From: Planctomycetota bacterium
Lineage (GTDB): Bacteria > Planctomycetota > B15-G4
Length of the DNA stretch: 64,000 nt
Assembly (NCBI GenBank): GCA_965248575.1
Contig: CBDFJQ010000002.1
Span: forward strand, 4,768,001-4,832,000
Direction of reading: 5' to 3'
Shown here: positions 37,607 to 47,421 of the stretch, in pieces
Layout of the letters: every line of letters starts with the position of its first letter
Numbering within the stretch: position 1 is the stretch's first letter
Position numbers and translations under genes: made by a program
Notes under the pieces: generated by a model
Database searches by the model: none
What the model was told of the DNA's origin: nothing
What the model saw: only the letters and a program-made list of their open reading frames with translations

Positions 37607-38692
37607 TTGAAGCTCAAGGTCGTTCTGGGCGCCTGCCTGTGGACACTGCTGATCACCGTCGCCCACGTGCAACTGAACGTGGGCTGGGCCAGGGTCGCTT
37701 CACAAACCCGCGTCTTTCTGGGGTTGGAACGGGAGGAGCTCATCGTCGGGTTCCTTCCGGTGACCTGACACCTCACCTGCCCCGTCACCAGTTGGGTGAC
37801 CAAGCACAGTGACACCGGATCCTTCTTCCGCAGCCAGAAGTTCACGGACTGGCCGACGGTCACGGAGGCCCTCAGCGCCAAGGAGATTGGCGCTGCCTTC
37901 ATCCTCGCGCCCCTGGCGATGCAGCTGGCCCAGAGCGGGATCCCCATCAAGGTCGTCTATCTTGGCCACCGTGACGGCACCGCCATCGTGGTGCACACCG
38001 ACTCCGACATCCGTGACTTTGGCGACCTACGCGGGAAGACGGTCGCGATCCCGAGTCGCTACGCCAACCAGAACCTGCTCATGCACAAGATGATGAAGTC
38101 CTGGGGCATGCCTTCGGACTCCATCGACCTGCGTGAGGTTCCGCCGCCGGAGCACCCTACGGCGCTTCAGGAGGGCAGCATCGACGGCTACATCGTGGGT
38201 GAGCCCTTCGCCGCGAAGGCGGAGGTGGATGGGTATGGCCGCGTGCTCTATCACACCAAGGACATCTGGACCGACTTCATCTCTTGTGTGCTCGTGGTGC
38301 GCCAGGACGTGATCGACAATGACCGCGAGTTGGTGCAGGAGTTGGTGGACGGCATCGCCAAGTCCGGCAAGTGGCTCGATGAGGACATCGAGCACCGCAT
38401 GAACGCTGCCGAGGTGGCCGCCGAGCACTACTACTTCCAGGACCCCGAGCTCCTGAAGTTCGTGTTGAGCAAGCCCGTGGACCGGGTGAAGTACACGAAC
38501 CTGGCGCCGTTGGAACCCAACTTCAACGAGATCATGGAGCTGGCGATGGAGATCGGGATCCTCAAGCAGAGGGTTCCCTTTGAGCTCTACGCTGACGACA
38601 GTTTCGTGAAGCCGCTTGAGACCATTGACTGGGAAATGAACCGGTTGCCCGAGGCGAAGACCGCCGACGGGAACGAGGGAGAGCAGCATTGA
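37607..38692 (+). CDS. NitT/TauT-type ABC transporter substrate-binding protein, putative selenoprotein (Sec at codon 54)
   Basis: GGAG + TTG start; MKLKVVLGACLWTLLITVAH anchor; LIVGFLPVT-TGA-HLTCPV continues in frame into ORF 37796..38692 (LGHRDG, DLRGKTVAIPS, GEPF). Confidence 0.88.
37773..37812 (+). promoter_or_regulatory. Bacterial SECIS-like stem-loop
   Basis: UCAC-C-UGC-CCC-GUCACC-[AGUUG]-GGUGAC-CAA-GCA-CA-GUGA; apical loop begins 21 nt after the UGA, with GU at loop positions 2-3. Confidence 0.8.
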
Positions 38693-39516
38693 GCGTCTGG
38701 CCCTTCGTCACGATCCTCGTGGCTTTCGTCATCAACCGCTTGTCGCGCGGCTGGCCCGATGCAGCGCAGAAGATCGTGTTGCCCCTGGGTGTGGCTGCCG
38801 TGGGTGTCGCGCTGTGGCAGGTCGGTTGCGACATCGCGGGGGCGCAGGTCTTCCCCACGCCGTGGAGCACGGTCCTGGCCATGCGCGAGATCATCGCCAG
38901 CGATCGACTGCTCGGCGATTCCATCGCGAGCCTCTATCGCGTCACCTGGGGTTTCCTGCTCGCCACGGCGACCGCGATTCCGCTCGGGCTCGTGGTGGGC
39001 TGGTCCACGCGATCCTTCTGGGCCATGAACCCGATCATCCAAGGCTTGCGCCCCATCTCGCCCATCGCATGGATCCCCATCGCGATCCTCTGGTTCGGGA
39101 TCGGTGACGGGGCGGGGATCTATCTCATCTTCCTGTCGTCCTTCTTCCCCATCTGCGTGGGCACCATGGCTGGTGTTCGCAACATCAGCTTGGTGCACCA
39201 ACGCTCAGCCGCCAACTTCGGTGTGCGCGGCTTCGAACTCATGCGCCGAGTGGTGCTCCCGGGCGCAATGCCGCAGATCATTACCAGCTTGCGCATCGCC
39301 TTGGGAGTGGCGTGGCTCGTCATCGTGGCCGCCGAGATGGTCGGCATGGACTCGGGGCTTGGCTACCTCATCAACGATGCCCGCAACATGGGCAGCCGCT
39401 ACGACCTCGTGGCAGCCACGATGATCGTCATCGGGCTGATCGGAATCGTGTTGGACCTGCTCATCCGGCGCCTGGAGCGCTTTGATGAGGTGAAGTGGGG
39501 CTACGAGGAATCATGA
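38689..39516 (+). CDS. NitT/TauT-type ABC transporter permease
   Basis: LRPISPIAWIPIAILWFG, PGAMPQIITSLR, IVAAEMVG...GLGY. Confidence 0.93.
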   Translation: MSVWPFVTILVAFVINRLSRGWPDAAQKIVLPLGVAAVGVALWQVGCDIAGAQVFPTPWSTVLAMREIIASDRLLGDSIASLYRVTWGFLLATATAIPLGLVVGWSTRSFWAMNPIIQGLRPISPIAWIPIAILWFGIGDGAGIYLIFLSSFFPICVGTMAGVRNISLVHQRSAANFGVRGFELMRRVVLPGAMPQIITSLRIALGVAWLVIVAAEMVGMDSGLGYLINDARNMGSRYDLVAATMIVIGLIGIVLDLLIRRLERFDEVKWGYEES

Positions 39517-40277
39517 GCGACGTCATGCCGAAGCTGGTGGTGGACGGGGTGTCCAAACAGTTCATGCGGGGCAAGCAGGCCCTGCCGGTCTTAGACTCCA
39601 TCGACCTGTCGGTCAAGTCCGGTGAGTTCGTCTGCATCCTGGGGCCGTCGGGGTGTGGCAAGAGCACCTTGCTCAACATCATTGCAGGCTTTGAGCGCCC
39701 CACCTCGGGCCGCGTGACCATCGAGGGCGAGGACGTGGTGGGCCCGGATGCCCGGCGCGTGTTCGTGTTCCAGGAGTACGGGATCTTCCCCTGGGCCTCG
39801 GTCTGGGACAATGTCGCCTTGGGTCTGCGCGACATGTCCAATCGGAAAGAGCAGCACGAGACAGTGCAGCGCTACATCGACCTGGTGGGCCTCAGCGGCT
39901 TCGAATCCAGCTACCCGCGCGAGCTCTCCGGCGGCATGAAGCAGCGGGTCGAGGTGGCGCGGGCGCTGGCGGTGTCGCCCGATGTCATCTACATGGACGA
40001 GCCGTTTGGCGCCCTCGACTCACTCACGCGCCTGACCATGCGCGCTGAACTGATCCGCATCTGGGAGGCGGAGGCGAAGACCATCTTGTTCGTCACCCAT
40101 GACGTGGATGAGTCCATCCAGTTGGCGGAGCGGATCGTCGTCATCTCGGACCGCCCGGGACGCATTGCCGAGATCGTGGATGTGGAGTTGGCTCATCCCC
40201 GGGATCTGGGCAGCCCTGAGTACGGGCAGATCAAGAATCGCCTCTACGAGTTGCTGGGCGTCTCGCACACCGTCTGA
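39513..40277 (+). CDS. NitT/TauT-type ABC transporter ATPase
   Basis: GPSGCGKST, LSGGMKQR, MDEPFGALD, FVTHD; ATGA coupling. Confidence 0.95.
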   Translation: MSDVMPKLVVDGVSKQFMRGKQALPVLDSIDLSVKSGEFVCILGPSGCGKSTLLNIIAGFERPTSGRVTIEGEDVVGPDARRVFVFQEYGIFPWASVWDNVALGLRDMSNRKEQHETVQRYIDLVGLSGFESSYPRELSGGMKQRVEVARALAVSPDVIYMDEPFGALDSLTRLTMRAELIRIWEAEAKTILFVTHDVDESIQLAERIVVISDRPGRIAEIVDVELAHPRDLGSPEYGQIKNRLYELLGVSHTV

Positions 40278-40374
40278 GGGGCGGCACGCAGCGCGTCGGA
40301 GCAGCTGGGATTTTGGCGAAACGAAAGGCCGCTTGTGCGCATCCACAGGGGCTCCCTCTGTGAGGCTCTCGAGC

Positions 40375-40782
40375 ATGACTTCCCCCGCTTCGACCGGCAC
40401 CCAGTCGATGCCCGGCCGGATCACCCGTTTGGTGGCGGCGGTCATTCTGGGCCAGACCCTCTTCTTCAAGTTCACCGGCGCGCCCGAGGCCGTGCACATC
40501 TTCGAGACGCTCGGAGTGGAACCGTGGGGACGTATCACGCTGGGCGTCGTGGAGCTGATGACGGCACTCATGCTGCTGTTCAAGGGAACACGCGCTCTGG
40601 GAGCAGCCGTCACCGTCGGTCTCATGTTGGGTGCCATTGGCAGCCACCTCGGCCCCCTGGGCATCGAGGTCCAAGGTGATAGCGGTGCCCTGTTCCTGAT
40701 GGCCGTAGCCACCCTGGTGTGTGGCGCGATCGCCCTCTTCATCTATCGGCACGAGCTGCCCGTGCTGGGCAAGCGCCTCTAG
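40375..40782 (+). CDS. DoxX-like membrane protein
   Basis: ILGQTLFFKFTGAPE, LGVEPWGR, GAIGSHL..LGIEV. Confidence 0.8.
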   Translation: MTSPASTGTQSMPGRITRLVAAVILGQTLFFKFTGAPEAVHIFETLGVEPWGRITLGVVELMTALMLLFKGTRALGAAVTVGLMLGAIGSHLGPLGIEVQGDSGALFLMAVATLVCGAIALFIYRHELPVLGKRL

Positions 40783-41420
40783 AGTCGTCCAGGTACGCGC
40801 GCGGGCACAGGGCTCACGACCGTCGACACCTTCATGACGTGCAGGCTCGCCTGCATGATCGGTCCCATGCCGAGCGCGAAGAGCACCGTGCCCAGGCCCA
40901 GCGTTCCGCCGATCAGCCAGCCTGTAGCCAGGACGAGCAACTCGATCGTGACGCGCGTGGAGCGCACGCTCCGTTGAGATCGCTGTGCCAAGCCCAGCAC
41001 GAACCCATCCCGCGGGCCGGCGCCGAGGCGTGCTCCGATGTAGAGACCCGTGGCCACACCCATGAGCAGCATGCCCGCGACGAACTGCGTGACGGCCGGG
41101 ACGCCACTGTCCCAACGGGGGAACCACGCCTGCACACGAACAAGGTCGAGCCAGGGTCCGATGACAGCCATGTTGAAGAGCGTCCCCAAGCCGGGCCTGA
41201 CCCGCAGGGCCAGCGCGCCCATGAGAATGAACGCCAGACCCGTCAGCTGGGTGATGACCCCGAAGGAGTAGCCCGTCCGGTTCGCGAGACCCTCGTGGAG
41301 AGCAGACCATGGGTCGAGCCCGAGCGACGCCTCGAGCATCAGCGAGATGGAAAACGCGTAGATGAACAGCCCGATGTGCAGGCGCACGAAGCGCTTGGCG
41401 AACTCCCCGAGCGGCCTCAA
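40779..41420 (-). CDS. YczE/YitT family membrane protein
   Basis: LGLDPWSALHEG, PGLGT, LGAGPRDG, GGTLGLGT. Confidence 0.9.
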   Translation of the reverse strand: MRPLGEFAKRFVRLHIGLFIYAFSISLMLEASLGLDPWSALHEGLANRTGYSFGVITQLTGLAFILMGALALRVRPGLGTLFNMAVIGPWLDLVRVQAWFPRWDSGVPAVTQFVAGMLLMGVATGLYIGARLGAGPRDGFVLGLAQRSQRSVRSTRVTIELLVLATGWLIGGTLGLGTVLFALGMGPIMQASLHVMKVSTVVSPVPARVPGRL

Positions 41421-42886
41421 AGTTGCTGGCCCCGCTTGAGCACTTCGCGGACCAGCAGATCGAAGTCTTCAAGACGGCTGCGGTGGTTCGTGATGGCGAC
41501 CCGCATCAGGAAGTGCCCCTCGAGGACGGTGTGCGAGGGGGCCGCGATTCCTGACTCGTGCAGCTCCGCGAGCAGCTTGCGGTTGAGCTGATCGGGGTCG
41601 GAGCGCCGGGCGCCGGGTTTCCCCACGTAGCGGAAACACACGATGTTGAGAGGCACGGGGCCACAGCGTTCCAGCTCGGGGGCTGCGTCTACGAGCCCCG
41701 CGAGGTAGGAGGCCTGCCGGACGTTCTGGTGAATGAGCTCGCCGAGCCGCGTACTCCCGTGCTCCTTGATCGTCATCCAGGCCTTCAGGGCCCGGAAGCC
41801 GCGCGACATCTGCAACCCTCGCTGCATGTAGTTCTCGGGACCCGTCGCCAGGCCACTATCGAAGTGGGAGAGGTAGGCGCCCTCCATGGCGAAAGTCTCG
41901 GTCTGGACGTCGCCGTCGCGCACGAGCAGGGCCGCAGCGTCATATGGCACATGCAACCACTTGTGGAGGTCGAAGGCGAGTGAGTCAACGCGCTCCAGGC
42001 CGCTGACAAGTGGTCGAAGTGCGGGGGAAAGGCCGACGAGTGCGCCGAAGGCTCCGTCCACGTGCAGCCAGAGATCCTGCTCCTGGCAGACGTCCCCCAA
42101 GGCGTTGAGGTCATCGAACGCTCCCACGTTGACGGTGCCTGCGTTGCCGATCACGGCGATGGGCTGACAGCCCGCGGCGCGATCGGCGCTGATGAGATCT
42201 CGAAGCAGATCGACGCGGATCTGGTGCTGCTCATCTACGGGCACCGCGCGCAGTGCATCGCGGCCGAGGCCCAGCACCTCCATGGCCCGGAAATTGCTCG
42301 AATGTGTTTCGCAGGACCCATAGACCGTGAGCGGCTGCTTGGTCGCTGCCAGGCCCTGTGCACGTATGTCCCAGCCGGCCTTCGTGTTGCGCGCAAGGGT
42401 GAGCCCCGCCAGGTTGGCTGCCGTGCAGCCGCTCGTGAGCACGCCACCGCTGCCTCCGAAGCCCAGGCCCTCGCGTAACCAGTTGAGAACCTGGCGCTCG
42501 ACGTGCATCACGCAGTGGTCGCCGAAGCCGGAGTTGGAATTGATACCCGCCGCGAGCATGTCGGCGAACATGCCGAGTGGCGTTCCAGTGCCCACGACCC
42601 AGCCCCAGAAACGGGGATGGATGTTTCCGTGGGGGTAGGGCAGCACTGTCTGCTTGAACTGCTCGTAGACGAGAGAAGCGTCCGTAGGCTCTCGGGGCAT
42701 GGGGGCCTCGAAGGCAGCGCGCACGTCCTGGGGCATGGCGTTGTAGACCGGTCGCTCCCGCACGCCCTGCAGGAACTCGAGCATGTCGTCGACCATGCGA
42801 TGCCCGAGCGTCCGCAGGGGCTCCCAGTCCTCGGGGTCCAGGGTGAGTTCGCTCGGCTGGGGTTTGGTCTCGCTGTGGATGCTCAT
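41417..42886 (-). CDS. PLP-dependent (aromatic L-amino acid type) decarboxylase
   Basis: HPRFWGWV, GTVNVGAFD, WLHVDGAFG, DLHKW (PLP lysine), SRGFRALK. Confidence 0.92.
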   Translation of the reverse strand: MSIHSETKPQPSELTLDPEDWEPLRTLGHRMVDDMLEFLQGVRERPVYNAMPQDVRAAFEAPMPREPTDASLVYEQFKQTVLPYPHGNIHPRFWGWVVGTGTPLGMFADMLAAGINSNSGFGDHCVMHVERQVLNWLREGLGFGGSGGVLTSGCTAANLAGLTLARNTKAGWDIRAQGLAATKQPLTVYGSCETHSSNFRAMEVLGLGRDALRAVPVDEQHQIRVDLLRDLISADRAAGCQPIAVIGNAGTVNVGAFDDLNALGDVCQEQDLWLHVDGAFGALVGLSPALRPLVSGLERVDSLAFDLHKWLHVPYDAAALLVRDGDVQTETFAMEGAYLSHFDSGLATGPENYMQRGLQMSRGFRALKAWMTIKEHGSTRLGELIHQNVRQASYLAGLVDAAPELERCGPVPLNIVCFRYVGKPGARRSDPDQLNRKLLAELHESGIAAPSHTVLEGHFLMRVAITNHRSRLEDFDLLVREVLKRGQQL

Positions 42887-42893
42887 GAGAGTG

Positions 42894-42949
42894 AGGCTAT
42901 TGCAGCACTGCGCCTGTGACAATATGCTTATTGTCGCTATGACAATATG
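42894..42949. promoter_or_regulatory. Divergent promoters with MocR-type repeat operator
   Basis: TGACAATATG direct repeats (42917, 42940) plus inverted TATTGTC (42929); minus strand TTGTCA-17-TAGCCT; plus strand TTGCAG-17-TATGCT. Confidence 0.75.
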
Positions 42950-44336
42950 GGTCCCAAGCCTCCAAGATGACCGTCCTCGCTACCTCGCCATCGTGGAGGC
43001 CGTCGAGCGGGATCTGGAGCGGGGCGCCCTGGCGCCCGGGGATCAGCTGCCACCGCAGCGGGACCTCGCGCTCGCTCTCGAGGTCTCGCTGGGGACAGTG
43101 ACCCGCGCCTACGCCCTCGCCGAAGAGCGCGGCCTGGTTCGAGGTGAAGTGGGGCGCGGCACCTTCGTCGGACGGACCCTGGCGGCTCAACTCCCCGTGT
43201 CCGATACGGGGCAGACCCATCTGGGCGGCATCAACCTGGGCATGACCTGGCCCATCGATGCCGAGAACCCAGACCTCGCGGGCACACTGCGCAAACTCTC
43301 GAGGCGCAGCGATCTGGCCGAGTTGTTGACCTATCAACCCAACGCTGGCATGCCTCGGCACCGGCGCGCTGGCGCGCGCTGGATCGCGAGCCTCGGTCAC
43401 GATGTCGACCCGGACTCCGTGCTCGTCTGCGCCGGGGCCCAGCACGCGTTGACCGTTGTGTTGTCGACACTCGCCAGCGCTGGGGACACCATCCTGAGTG
43501 AGGAACTCGTCTATCCCGGCGTGCGCGCTGTGGCCGACATGCTGGGGCTGAAGTTGATCGGCCTGCCCATGGACGCCGAGGGCCTGCTCCCCGATGCCTT
43601 CGATGCGGCCTGCCGCAAGCGACGCCCGAAGCTGCTGGTGTGCGTGCCCTCCATCCAGAACCCGACGGTCCGGACGCAATCCGCAGCGCGACGGGAGGAT
43701 CTGGCGCGCATCGCCCAGGCACACGGGGTGCCCATCGTCGAAGATGCGATTCATCACCGTTTGTTGGACCCAGACACGGCACCCCCGCTGCTGGCCAGTT
43801 TTGCGCCGGAGCTCACGTACCTCATTGCGAGCCCGTCGAAAGTCGTCGCCGGTGGGCTGCGGGTCGCCTTTCTTTCGGTGCCGCAGGGCGCTCTAGACGA
43901 TCTCGCCCATCGGCTGTGGGCGACGACCTGGATGGTCGCGCCGCTGGCAGCGGAGGTGATGTCCATCTGGATCGATGATGGCTCCGCCGACGCTGCTGTC
44001 GAGCGCAAGCGGGAGGAGGCCCGGGCGCGGGTGCGGTTGCTCGAGCAGGCGCTCGTCGACAGCGAGGGAACACTGCACACGAGCCCGTCGGCCTATCATG
44101 GCTGGCTGGAACTGCCAGAGTGGTGGCCGGAGGCTCCAGTCTTCGTCGCCGAAGCTCTGCGGCGAGGTGTCTCTGTCACCGCAGCCGATGCTTTCTACGT
44201 CGGCAACGGAAGACCGCCAGCAGCGGTCCGCGTATCGGTGAGTGCGCCCACGGATCGGGCGACACTGAGGACAGGACTCAGACGGCTGGTCAGGACGATT
44301 AGCAGCCAGCCGGGGCGTGAGCGCCCCCTGGTCTAG
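42939..44336 (+). CDS. MocR/GabR family regulator (GntR HTH + aminotransferase-like domain)
   Basis: GDQLPPQRDLA, GTVTRAY, GRGTFV; QNPT, IVED, SPSK, GLRV. Confidence 0.93.
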   Translation: MTIWVPSLQDDRPRYLAIVEAVERDLERGALAPGDQLPPQRDLALALEVSLGTVTRAYALAEERGLVRGEVGRGTFVGRTLAAQLPVSDTGQTHLGGINLGMTWPIDAENPDLAGTLRKLSRRSDLAELLTYQPNAGMPRHRRAGARWIASLGHDVDPDSVLVCAGAQHALTVVLSTLASAGDTILSEELVYPGVRAVADMLGLKLIGLPMDAEGLLPDAFDAACRKRRPKLLVCVPSIQNPTVRTQSAARREDLARIAQAHGVPIVEDAIHHRLLDPDTAPPLLASFAPELTYLIASPSKVVAGGLRVAFLSVPQGALDDLAHRLWATTWMVAPLAAEVMSIWIDDGSADAAVERKREEARARVRLLEQALVDSEGTLHTSPSAYHGWLELPEWWPEAPVFVAEALRRGVSVTAADAFYVGNGRPPAAVRVSVSAPTDRATLRTGLRRLVRTISSQPGRERPLV

Positions 44337-44381
44337 AGCAGTTCTCAGCGGACAGGTGCTGGCGGCGCCGTCCCGCGACGA

Positions 44382-45311
44382 TCAGTGAGCGGTGCCGGGG
44401 AAAAGGCGCCGAAGGGCCAGCTTGGCGAACTGCTGACGAGCGGGTTGGGGGTCAACCTTCTGGCTGAGCAACGCGCGCTCCAGCTGGTTGCGATGGCGTG
44501 CGCCGTAGGACACCAGCTCCATGATCGCGAGTTCTTGCACGCTGGAGGAGGAACTGGGAGCAAACTCCAGAAGTTGCTGCATGGCATCTAGCTCACCCTG
44601 CGAGGGGGTCCTGGCGGGAAGCAAGTCAGCCAGGTTCGCGCAGCCCAGCACATCGAGCGCGCCGGGCGCGGTCAGTTCGTCCGCCAGCATATTGTCCAGC
44701 TCGTCGAGGGCTTCAGAGACAAGGCCCAGCTTGAGCATCCACTCGGCTTCCGCCAGCCGCTCCGTCGGATCGCTGCGGTCCCTGCTGCGCCGGCGCTTCC
44801 GAACCATCGTCAACACGTCGCTCTCGAGGTCCGTGCGCTGGACCTCGTCGGCTGCAACGGTCTGCCAACCTCGCTTGGTCCGCACCTTCCACGCTCCATG
44901 GCTGAGGTGCGAACGGCCTCGCAAGACCTTGCCGCTCTTCAGGGTGACGATGCGGGGGCGGATCTGTGAGGGAGACGCTTTGGGTTTTGCCGCGCCGGCT
45001 CGGGGTGCCGCTGCCTTGGGCGCTGGTGCTGGCATGGGTGCCGGCGTCATGGGGCCCGCTCCCTTGGCCGATGCTTCGGCTTCCTTGTCGGGAACCAGGG
45101 GAGGCTGAGGGCGTGCCGTGGTGCGTCCGCTGACACCGCGGCTGGAAGCACCGCGCGTCGGCTGGCCCCGTTCCGAGTTTCCGCGTAGTCCCCCGTAAGG
45201 ATTGGCGGTGGAGCGCGGCTGTGTTTGCTGCGCGCCTGCTTCGCCTCCGGCCGTCAAGGTGATCCCCAGGCAAAGGACTGCCAGCTGAAGGGGGCGGTGG
45301 AGGGTCGGCAT
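44382..45311 (-). CDS. Secreted hypothetical protein with Pro/Ala-rich linker
   Basis: Signal peptide ending AGA-QQ; VTLKSGKVLRG; helical C-terminus. Confidence 0.6.
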   Translation of the reverse strand: MPTLHRPLQLAVLCLGITLTAGGEAGAQQTQPRSTANPYGGLRGNSERGQPTRGASSRGVSGRTTARPQPPLVPDKEAEASAKGAGPMTPAPMPAPAPKAAAPRAGAAKPKASPSQIRPRIVTLKSGKVLRGRSHLSHGAWKVRTKRGWQTVAADEVQRTDLESDVLTMVRKRRRSRDRSDPTERLAEAEWMLKLGLVSEALDELDNMLADELTAPGALDVLGCANLADLLPARTPSQGELDAMQQLLEFAPSSSSSVQELAIMELVSYGARHRNQLERALLSQKVDPQPARQQFAKLALRRLFPGTAH

Positions 45312-45578
45312 GAGGGTCACTCCCACGGGGCAGGCGGGGTGCAATAGCACGAGACCCAGCGTACAGGAGTCGGCGGAGTTCGTCCCCGAGCTGATCCATC
45401 GGATTCGGAGCGACGTGCGAGCCCGCTTCCAGCTCGGCGGTCGCACCCGGTGGGCACGGCTCTGTCCGTTGCTAGGGGACAATGGCTAGGATCCCCTGCC
45501 GTTCTGCCCTCTGCGTGAGTTCTCCGTGATCTCGACCGCCTCTGTCCCCGTTTTCGCGCTGCGCGCCTTCTTTTCAGC

Positions 45579-47360
45579 GTGAAGTTCTCGCGTGCATGGG
45601 AGGACGCTCGGGCGCTGGTGGTCGCGCACCGCAGCCGCCTGGCACTCGGCCTGGGGTTGTTGCTGTTGAACCGCGTCATGGGCCTGGTCTTGCCGGGCAC
45701 ATCCAAGCTGCTCATCGATGATGTGATCGGGCAGAACAAGGTCGACCTGTTGTGGCCCCTGGCCTTGGCCGGCGGGGTCGCAACCCTGATCCAGGCGGGG
45801 ACGAGCTACTCGCTCTCGCAGGTCTTGGGGGTCGCTGCTCAACGGGCCATCAACGACATGCGGGTCACGGTCCAGGAGCACGTCTCGCGCTTGCCCGTGT
45901 CCAGTTTCGACGCCACGCAGACGGGTGTGCTCATCGCGCGCATCATGAATGATGCCGAGGGTATCCGGAACCTGGTGGGCACCGGGCTGGTGCAGCTGGT
46001 CGGGGGGGCGGTGACAGCAGTCCTGGGGCTGGGCGTGCTGTTCTATCTCAACTGGAAGCTCACACTCATCATCGTCGTCGTGTTGCTGGTCTTCGGTTTG
46101 GCGATGGGGCGCATGTTCAAGAAGCTGCGCCCGATCTTTCGCGAACGCGGCAAGATCAATGCGGAGATCACGGGGCGTCTGAGCCAGAGCCTGAGCGGCA
46201 TCCGGGTGGTGAAGGCGTACACCGCTGAGACCCAGGAACAGGCAGTGTTCGCGGCGGGCGTCGACCGGCTCTTCAACAACGTGAAGGCCTCCATGATCGG
46301 CGTGTCGGGGACCACCGCGGTGGCCACGGCGATCGTCGGATTGATCGGCGTATTGCTGACGGTGCTCGGCGGGCAATCCATCCTTGCGGGCACCATGACG
46401 CTCGGCGACTTCGTCATGTACCTCGTCTTCATCGGACTGGTGGTGGGGCCGGTGGTACAGATCGCGTCGATCGGGACGCAGCTGACCGAAGCCTTGGCGG
46501 GCCTGGACCGCATCCACGAGATCCGGCAGACCCTGCGCGAGGACGACGGAGATTCGCAGCGCGCAGCCTGCCCCACCGTGACGGGGGACCTGAGTTTCGA
46601 AGGCGTGGACTTCGAGTACGAAGAGGGCAAGCCCGTCTTGCGCGGCATCTCCTTCGAGGCGGGCGCCGGAACGACCACGGCCTTGGTGGGTAGCAGCGGC
46701 TCCGGCAAGTCCACGCTGGTGAGCCTGGTGATGGCCTTCAACCGCCCACAACAAGGGCGTGTGTGCGTGGATGGCCGAGATTTGTCTTCGCTGCGCCTGT
46801 CTGACTACCGCAGCCACTTGGGCGTCGTCATGCAGGAAAACTTCCTCTTCGACGGAACCGTCGCTGAGAACATCTCGTTCTCACGACCAGCGGCGACGCG
46901 GGCCGAGGTCGAAGCCGCTGGACGACTCGCCCATGTGGGCGTCTTCGTAGACGAGTTCGAGCTCGGCTATGACACCGTCGTCGGTGAGCGCGGCGTCAAG
47001 CTCTCCGGCGGCCAACGTCAACGGGTGGCCATCGCCCGGGCACTCCTGGCTGATCCACAAATCCTGATTCTCGATGAGGCAACCTCCTCGCTCGATAGCG
47101 AGAGCGAAGCGGCCATCCAGGATGCCTTGGCCTCATTGCGTCGCAGCCGGACGACTTTCGTCATCGCTCATCGCCTGTCGACGATCCGTTCGGCTGACCA
47201 GATCCTCGTGATCGAGGACGGGCGACTCGTGGAGCGGGGGAAGCACGAGGACCTGCTGGTGGCCGACGGTCGCTACCGGGAGCTCTACGACCGGCAGTAC
47301 CACTTCGAACGGGAGCGCTTCATCAACCCGGGTGAGGAGCTTCCGGAGCACGCGACCTGA
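45579..47360 (+). CDS. ABC exporter, fused permease/ATPase (MsbA-like)
   Basis: Transmembrane domain; GSSGSGKST, LSGGQRQR, ILDEATSSLD, IAHRLST. Confidence 0.95.
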   Translation: MKFSRAWEDARALVVAHRSRLALGLGLLLLNRVMGLVLPGTSKLLIDDVIGQNKVDLLWPLALAGGVATLIQAGTSYSLSQVLGVAAQRAINDMRVTVQEHVSRLPVSSFDATQTGVLIARIMNDAEGIRNLVGTGLVQLVGGAVTAVLGLGVLFYLNWKLTLIIVVVLLVFGLAMGRMFKKLRPIFRERGKINAEITGRLSQSLSGIRVVKAYTAETQEQAVFAAGVDRLFNNVKASMIGVSGTTAVATAIVGLIGVLLTVLGGQSILAGTMTLGDFVMYLVFIGLVVGPVVQIASIGTQLTEALAGLDRIHEIRQTLREDDGDSQRAACPTVTGDLSFEGVDFEYEEGKPVLRGISFEAGAGTTTALVGSSGSGKSTLVSLVMAFNRPQQGRVCVDGRDLSSLRLSDYRSHLGVVMQENFLFDGTVAENISFSRPAATRAEVEAAGRLAHVGVFVDEFELGYDTVVGERGVKLSGGQRQRVAIARALLADPQILILDEATSSLDSESEAAIQDALASLRRSRTTFVIAHRLSTIRSADQILVIEDGRLVERGKHEDLLVADGRYRELYDRQYHFERERFINPGEELPEHAT

Positions 47361-47421
47361 GCCGTCGGGGGTGCATGTCACAGTCGACGGTGAACTGAGG
47401 AGCCGGATAGACTAGCCATCG

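Noticed and set aside
37766..37768. TGA explained by genome-wide stop reassignment or by a pseudogene
   Set aside because: TGA is a normal stop elsewhere (ATGA overlaps at cphB/cphA and permease/ATPase); partner genes are intact and a SECIS-like hairpin follows
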